Below, in pieces: positions 58,019-64,000 of a stretch of 64,000 nt of DNA (position 1 is its first letter; every line of letters begins with the position of its first letter). The stretch comes from a virus: IMG/VR virus record IMGVR_UViG_3300028829_005735, positions 1 to 64,000 of that record; one strand, given 5' to 3'. Below the pieces are notes generated by a model that saw only the letters and a list, made by a program, of their open reading frames with translations, was not told the origin of the DNA and did not search any database. Made by a program: the position numbers and the translations under genes.

Positions 58019-61000
58019 TATCTAGGAGAGTTTTGAATTTTAGTATTATTCACAAGCATAATCATTTTCTTATTGCCTGATACAGTACGTCTTAGCAATA
58101 TACGATTATTGTTGTGTCTTATTTTCTTTCTTTGAAGTTGATTCTTATTATAGTTTAAGTTAATAGGATTCAAATTCTTGATGTATCCATTTGGTTCTGT
58201 TTCCCATATAGATTCGGTCACCGTAGGACTGAACTCACCTCTGTCCCTCGTAGTGTCCCAAAATTGATTGAATCGATACTTCTGTTCTACTTTAGAGTAG
58301 ACGATATCAATTTGGTTCAATCCTACTGCTGGATAATCCTTGAGAGCTCTTACATCATTCTTTGGTGCAAGGTTCAATCGTAATAATCCGGATACCTGCT
58401 CCGAGTTATAAATTACAGCCTCATCAAAGTTAAATTCAAGAGAATGGAACCTATCTCTACAGTTCTCATCAAATTCGAATACCTGCATGAAGTATTCTAC
58501 ACTTCTCAATGTAGTTACTGCAGGAAGGTTATCTAATTGGAACTCTATCTCCCATGGATAATCTACACCATAGAAGTTACAGTAGCTGTCACATCTGCTA
58601 TTATGCCTCCATATACCATCGTCTTTAACTGTAAGGAATGTATTCTTTCCTGACATAACGAGGTTCGGATGCCAATCGTGGTATGATATCTCCTGCTTAT
58701 TCTTTGGATCATAACTTATAGTCCATGAGGCATCGTCAAAATATCTCGGGTCACCAGTATTCACTCTTGTAATTTTATCTACAAGGAAGATTCCATTCCC
58801 TTCGTATTCCATTACATCTACGTATTCGGGTTTAGCACGGAAATCTCGTTTAGCAAAGTAGACGATTCCCCACTCATTATCGTAGAAGGCCTGACATCCA
58901 ACACCTGCTATCGTATTATCCAGCAAATCGAAGTCTGGGAAATCCAATAGTATTTGGTATGGAAGGTATTGATTAAACCAGTGTTGATTATTAAGTAGGC
59001 TTACTTCAGTCAAACCTTTACCTACTGTAAATATCTTTCCTTGAGTTTGGCTAATAAAGAATAGTCCTGCAGGTGTGTTAATTGCACCCTTTCTACTTTG
59101 ACAAGAACCATATTCAAATTCTTTATCGGTATTGGACACACGTTGCATTTGTCTAGCAAATAAACCTCCATCTCCTACGGTGATCTCAGTACCACTTTTC
59201 ATTTGGAGAGTATCAACTCCCGGATACATACCAGGAGCCATGTTTTCAAACAGTAACATAATCCCCGTTTCACTTACGGCTTTGATTGATGTTACTTTAC
59301 TTGCAAAGTCCTTAAAGTTATTTCCAAGGAACACACTCCAGTTATCTTTTTTTAATAGAGTCTGTTGTGGTAACGAGTACTGTAGTCGTCTTGGATAATG
59401 CTTGAAGCAAGTTTCTGCAAGCGTCGGATCATATTCACGATCCTGAGTATTCCCCCATGCGATTTTTGCATAGGGTAGATAATCAACGGAGAGGCTTCTA
59501 TCTAGTTTATAATAATTTCCAGCTTTGATGTGTCTTGCTCGGAACATAGTTCTAAGGTCCTGCAATACATCCCAATGCTGAGTCTTAACATCTTCTGCTA
59601 CCCAATCTCTCATGTCAATGTTAAGGTCGGACTCAATATAAAAATCTCTTACGCTCGAATGGAATAAATAGATGTATGATTTTTTAACTGTAAATATACC
59701 CGATGCTGTATTACCGTAATAATATATCTTATCAAAACAGTGTCTATCAGAAGGGGTTACTAAATTCTGGAAGAATGTTGTAACAGAACCATTATCCAAT
59801 GCTTGTTCTAAAGCATCATCTATACTACTTACAAATGCCATTACATCAAATGGATCTGTATCCATCCAGAAAGCTGTATGTTGTACAGTATCGTAATTAT
59901 GGTAATTAAATTCTGCACGGTCGTCTTCGTCAAGCATCCATTTATAAAAATGGTAGAATGTATTTTTTTCTTGGTATCGTCCTATGTAAGTATCCCCACC
60001 AAATATAGTTTCCGTTTCACTGATAAATAGTCCATCCTCATCAAATGCAGGGTGTATACATCCCGTAGGAAGTTGCTGTACGTTCTCTACTTTTCCATAT
60101 TGGCTACGAAGTCTTGACTTGAATGCAACGTAATGACTCGAGGCTTGTCTACTGAATTGAACGAATGGGTCATTTCCAGGTAGTTGTGAAACAAGAATGT
60201 TATCCATAGTCCCATCTCGTAATCCTCCAACAAGTGTTGCTACACTTCTAGTTGTTTCAAGTGCTACCGTTTTAATACGAAGCATATTATTGATACGGTG
60301 AGTTGTAAGGAAGTTTTGAAGATGACTCTTAAGGTATACAGACTCCTTTATGATTCGTCTTCTGTTCGGATTATAAGGTGCTCCAAACTTCTCGTATCCA
60401 CAATAAGCTTGATACTGCAATGCGTGTTGTCTTTCGGTCGATGCATTACGAACTATATTAATTAGTAAGTCTGCCCCTTCTCCAATATTTGTCAAGAACA
60501 TTACTGTATTCTGAATAGCAGCAACTAATGGTGGAACAGCTGTTTTTTCACCATATCTTGTTTCTGCATTTTCTTCAGTTACACCCGAACCTTCACCACC
60601 AGAACTCCAGCTTCCTGCGGCACCGTCTGAAAACCCTTCTCCTATATCTTGACCGGCCAATGCTGAACCAAAGTTGAATACGTTTTGATTAAGGCTTTCG
60701 ACAGTATCAAACGAAGTGTCATTAGTTGCTAGAGCAGTAGCCCCAAGACCTTGGTTAGAACTTACTGCCGTTTGGGAATAAGCATAAAAAAGTGTATTAC
60801 CACCACCAGATACTTTTGGATATCTATACCATTTTGGCTTCTTGTATACCTTAGTTCTTTTACCAACTTGTTTTGCAATAGCTAATCCAATACCAACAAC
60901 AAGTCCTGCATAGAATGTAAGGTCTGTTACGAATACATGCTTTGGATGATCTTCAACTTCCAAGTACCCTCCCTCTGCATTTCCATACATTGCTCCATAT

Positions 61001-63033
61001 ACTTTAAGCTCCTTCTGTCCTAAGAATGGTTTATAGAAATTAGTATCTGGAGAATGAAATGTAAAATGGAAAGGACTTACAGATGTGATTGGTACATACC
61101 CTGTATATTGTGAAGTGTTTTGTGAACCTGCTGGTCCGGTGTTTCCAGTTTGAGGTTCGAAATTAACTTCGAATTGAGAATTAAACCAATCTGGCTGTCC
61201 CGTTCCTTGAGGAGTGAGAACAGGATTAAATGGATAGTTAGGGTACAGCCCTTGACGGTTTGTTCCTAAGTCTTCAGGTATTGTATAATTACGCATGTTA
61301 TTAATCATACCTTTATACAATACAGTACGGTTTCCGTTACGGCTACCTCTCATTATTTCGTATCCAACAATGTTTGGAATTGGAATACCATCATTATCAA
61401 CTGGTGGTCGAATGTTTTCAAACTTAACCCCCATTATACGAATAATGTCTTGGTTATTCACATAGTGGTTTGTAATGGTATTACCTGCACCCGGCCCTGC
61501 ATATAATGTATTCTCTGGAAATTTATGATGACGTATTCTTTCACCACAAAGGTCGTGATTTGGATCACCTACATCTGACCAAACATGTTCACTTGCGTTC
61601 CACACTTCTGGCTTCTTGTCTTCGTAAAATTCATCAGACTCCCAATATCCCATCTGTCCTTCGGCAACAACCGTTCCTCCATCAGGTAATGGTATGTTAA
61701 CACCAGACCCATTTGCCGTATTAAACATCTCAAATACCTTAGAAGTAAGTCCTTGTTGTTGCTCGATGTTATTATCTTCTACAACTAAATAGTCTGCATT
61801 CTCATCCATTTGGATACCACCTCCGGGTATTTCATAGAGCTGAGATGCTCGTCCTGGTATATGGTAACTTGGAGTGAAATCTCCTGTAAGATACCTGAAA
61901 CGAATATAGTATGCGTATACCTCATCCCTCATGTGACCTACGTTACTACCACCTTTTTTGTAATAGTCTTTTGGATATTCCACACATTGCCACTTTGTAG
62001 TAATCTGATTAGCCAAAGGTTGGTAGTTGAAATCAAACTTCCCTGTAATACCAGTACGCATAAGGTACTTTCCTACTGAGAATATTCCTTCTGACCTATC
62101 TGCTATAGGATTGGAAACGACCAAATCGTTAGCTGATATCCCTTCCAATTGTGGATCTATTATGTCAACAGTAACGTTACTTTGATTTGTGCTATACAAT
62201 CCTAATACTTTAACAGATAGCTTATTTGCAATTTGCTGAACAATAACCAATTGGTACTGGTCAAAGTTCTCAGTATCTAAATTATCTACTGTGATGTCCA
62301 ATGATGCATTTGCTTCATCATTTTCAAAGATGTGAGCAATATTTGATTGTGGAAAGTAATCGGTTACCCTTTGGCTATTTACTGCATAAGCAACGTGGAC
62401 ATAATATGAACCGTTAAATATACTTCCTCCTGCTGGTCCTCTTTCAATTCTAGGACATGGTGGAGTCATAAATACTTCTAAACGTAACTTATCACAATCT
62501 AAATCATCTGTATCCACACACGTAACACATCCTCCCGGTTCTTCACCGTTGCTGTCAGTACAATCCTGTATCCAAGGGACATCGTTCCTATCAAGAGTTC
62601 TGTCGGGGTTTAGGTTGTCCTGCCAATATACCCTATGAGAGCAATCCCATGTTGGTCGGCTTGAACCGGAAATAGGATGCGTCGTTCTAAATCCGAGACA
62701 CGGATCGTTAACAATACGAATATAGCTACAATCACTTTCGTCAAACTCCCCTATCTCACTTCCCGTACCGTCATTACCAGAAAATATCCACCACTTCGTT
62801 CCCTCCATGTGAATAGCCTCTATAATTGTATATGGTGCAGCAGAGCAAAATTCATTAGATGGTTCGTTTCCGATATCCCCTAAATCTCCGATATGTGAAT
62901 TGTTGATTGCATTTCTGGCATGAGTCCACGACTGTTTATCCAAGTGATAATCTCGGACATCTGTGTTCATTCCTTTATCAAAACGATTCGAAGATGGTGG
63001 AATCCCTTGATTGCTTTGTCGTCTATTTGCCAT
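58018..63033 (-). CDS. tail muzzle / tail stabilization protein
   Basis: 1671 aa; KGMNTD..HARNA, beta-propeller-like, MRDEVYAY, IRHHKFP, FHSPD, FGGDTYI, WTISY..SYHDWHP. Confidence 0.82.
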   Translation of the reverse strand: MANRRQSNQGIPPSSNRFDKGMNTDVRDYHLDKQSWTHARNAINNSHIGDLGDIGNEPSNEFCSAAPYTIIEAIHMEGTKWWIFSGNDGTGSEIGEFDESDCSYIRIVNDPCLGFRTTHPISGSSRPTWDCSHRVYWQDNLNPDRTLDRNDVPWIQDCTDSNGEEPGGCVTCVDTDDLDCDKLRLEVFMTPPCPRIERGPAGGSIFNGSYYVHVAYAVNSQRVTDYFPQSNIAHIFENDEANASLDITVDNLDTENFDQYQLVIVQQIANKLSVKVLGLYSTNQSNVTVDIIDPQLEGISANDLVVSNPIADRSEGIFSVGKYLMRTGITGKFDFNYQPLANQITTKWQCVEYPKDYYKKGGSNVGHMRDEVYAYYIRFRYLTGDFTPSYHIPGRASQLYEIPGGGIQMDENADYLVVEDNNIEQQQGLTSKVFEMFNTANGSGVNIPLPDGGTVVAEGQMGYWESDEFYEDKKPEVWNASEHVWSDVGDPNHDLCGERIRHHKFPENTLYAGPGAGNTITNHYVNNQDIIRIMGVKFENIRPPVDNDGIPIPNIVGYEIMRGSRNGNRTVLYKGMINNMRNYTIPEDLGTNRQGLYPNYPFNPVLTPQGTGQPDWFNSQFEVNFEPQTGNTGPAGSQNTSQYTGYVPITSVSPFHFTFHSPDTNFYKPFLGQKELKVYGAMYGNAEGGYLEVEDHPKHVFVTDLTFYAGLVVGIGLAIAKQVGKRTKVYKKPKWYRYPKVSGGGNTLFYAYSQTAVSSNQGLGATALATNDTSFDTVESLNQNVFNFGSALAGQDIGEGFSDGAAGSWSSGGEGSGVTEENAETRYGEKTAVPPLVAAIQNTVMFLTNIGEGADLLINIVRNASTERQHALQYQAYCGYEKFGAPYNPNRRRIIKESVYLKSHLQNFLTTHRINNMLRIKTVALETTRSVATLVGGLRDGTMDNILVSQLPGNDPFVQFSRQASSHYVAFKSRLRSQYGKVENVQQLPTGCIHPAFDEDGLFISETETIFGGDTYIGRYQEKNTFYHFYKWMLDEDDRAEFNYHNYDTVQHTAFWMDTDPFDVMAFVSSIDDALEQALDNGSVTTFFQNLVTPSDRHCFDKIYYYGNTASGIFTVKKSYIYLFHSSVRDFYIESDLNIDMRDWVAEDVKTQHWDVLQDLRTMFRARHIKAGNYYKLDRSLSVDYLPYAKIAWGNTQDREYDPTLAETCFKHYPRRLQYSLPQQTLLKKDNWSVFLGNNFKDFASKVTSIKAVSETGIMLLFENMAPGMYPGVDTLQMKSGTEITVGDGGLFARQMQRVSNTDKEFEYGSCQSRKGAINTPAGLFFISQTQGKIFTVGKGLTEVSLLNNQHWFNQYLPYQILLDFPDFDLLDNTIAGVGCQAFYDNEWGIVYFAKRDFRAKPEYVDVMEYEGNGIFLVDKITRVNTGDPRYFDDASWTISYDPKNKQEISYHDWHPNLVMSGKNTFLTVKDDGIWRHNSRCDSYCNFYGVDYPWEIEFQLDNLPAVTTLRSVEYFMQVFEFDENCRDRFHSLEFNFDEAVIYNSEQVSGLLRLNLAPKNDVRALKDYPAVGLNQIDIVYSKVEQKYRFNQFWDTTRDRGEFSPTVTESIWETEPNGYIKNLNPINLNYNKNQLQRKKIRHNNNRILLRRTVSGNKKMIMLVNNTKIQNSPR

Positions 63034-63971
63034 TACGTGAACATTTTATAGTATTTGTTGAACATTGCCTTACGGTTTGCAGACCATACTGCTTTCATCT
63101 CACCGTAATCGGGAGTGTTCACAATACTCTTAGCAGCATTTTTAGAAAGTCTTAGTTTCTGGTCAATACGTTGAACGAAGTTACCATTTACAGTTTCGTT
63201 ATTACCCATGAGGATCTCAAGTATTCTTTCCTTCATAGCGTATTCGTAGTACTCGTTAATCATAGGGTGTTCAAGCACAAGCAAATTACCTTCTTTATCC
63301 TCCATCATCCCTTGGTAATTGATGTACAACTCTCCAGTCTTAAATGGAGTGTATACGTACCCATCTCTAATGAAAGCATTATTTGAGGCAAAGTATTTTT
63401 TGTTTGGACAGAGAGGGTCAAAGAATTGGTCATCACCTCCTATTCGAATCCTGTAGAACTGAGTCCACTTCCTTGTGGTCATTCCTACCTTTTGAATAAG
63501 CTTCATCTCTTGTCCTTTACAATTAATCCATGTATCACATCCACAAGTATCACACCCACAAGGGTCTGGAGCTTGACAAGGATCCGGACATGGATCCGGA
63601 GTTGGACAAGGATCGGGTACAGCACAGATTTCAATTTTGTCAGTACCAGGAAAATATTCAGGAGCATTTAAAGGAACTTCCTCTACGTGAGTTCCCTGAA
63701 CCATTGGTTCAACTACTGTAAAGTTTCCCAATATGTAAGCGTAGTTTAAAACTAGGAAGTCATCTGGTAGTTTTGCTCTACCGTGGTCAATCTCAAGAAC
63801 TTCATTTTTAGTTTGATGGATTCTTAATCCCAAGTCGTAACTAACTCTTTTTGCAACTTTAATTAGTTGATGAGGCTTGATTAAATCTTCGAGATTGTAT
63901 GCTTCGAAATCTCCTTTTACTTCTGAGAGTAATTGGTCGAATGTCTTGTATTTTAAATTGCGTTGTGCCAT
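63033..63971 (-). CDS. tail tubular / ring protein
   Basis: 312 aa; AKLPDDF, GELYINYQGMMEDKEGNLLVLEHPMINEYYEYA; directly upstream of the muzzle gene. Confidence 0.78.
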   Translation of the reverse strand: MAQRNLKYKTFDQLLSEVKGDFEAYNLEDLIKPHQLIKVAKRVSYDLGLRIHQTKNEVLEIDHGRAKLPDDFLVLNYAYILGNFTVVEPMVQGTHVEEVPLNAPEYFPGTDKIEICAVPDPCPTPDPCPDPCQAPDPCGCDTCGCDTWINCKGQEMKLIQKVGMTTRKWTQFYRIRIGGDDQFFDPLCPNKKYFASNNAFIRDGYVYTPFKTGELYINYQGMMEDKEGNLLVLEHPMINEYYEYAMKERILEILMGNNETVNGNFVQRIDQKLRLSKNAAKSIVNTPDYGEMKAVWSANRKAMFNKYYKMFT

Positions 63972-63975
63972 GTTA

Positions 63976-64000
63976 TTATCTTAATACGTTTTGACCATCA
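63976..64000 (-). CDS. C-terminal end of the upstream tail gene (partial)
   Basis: ...DGQNVLR* ends 4 bp before ATG 63971. Confidence 0.4.

Larger units (their letters stand above)
1..64000. mobile_element. crAss-like (Crassvirales-type) bacteriophage genome segment
   Basis: Convergent replication (+) and virion (-) arms; giant virion RNAP with DFDxD; PolB, DnaB, primase, Sak4-like ATPase, SSB and UDG set; muzzle/ring tail genes; no host housekeeping genes or integrase seen. Confidence 0.93.

Noticed and set aside
1-64000. Stop-codon reassignment (seen in some Crassvirales), CRISPR array, DGR/retron reverse transcriptase, integrase
   Set aside because: The standard code gives near-complete coding density with multi-kb ORFs; no repeat-spacer array, RT YxDD-type gene or recombinase was seen

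Overview
The whole window is a segment of a lytic crAss-like (Crassvirales-type) dsDNA phage genome in the standard genetic code. The host is probably Bacteroidota/Flavobacteriia, inferred from TAnnTTTG promoter boxes and A-rich, SD-less translation starts. The + strand arm (1-27.3 kb) carries a replication/recombination module: SF1 Dda/RecD-like helicase, UDG-like protein, DnaB, Sak4-like ATPase, SSB, primase, VWA-metallopeptidase plus MoxR-like AAA, RecE-like nuclease, family B DNA polymerase and a DUF932-like protein. It continues into a dense accessory region with a disrupted WGR-ligase, a PAPS-reductase-like enzyme, an SplB-like radical SAM protein, a NUMOD4-HNH endonuclease and many microproteins. 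A bidirectional terminator at ~27.34 kb separates this from a convergent - strand arm encoding tail ring and muzzle proteins and giant ejected cargo proteins, including a 3500-aa virion RNA polymerase (DFDVD motif). Most notable observations: (1) a catalytically dead UDG that shares a single CATG with a divergent antisense gene; (2) a four-gene AAA/VWA-peptidase cassette flanked by paralogous helical proteins, whose motif is also fused to a WGR domain; (3) SLOG-like, NADAR-like and zincin domains appended to the virion RNAP; (4) a ~200-nt structured intergenic RNA candidate; (5) a microprotein resembling the RNR CxxCGS tail; (6) a recurring xxGG / PEFRYG...KGDE motif in cargo proteins. All calls come from reading motifs by eye; no database searches were run.
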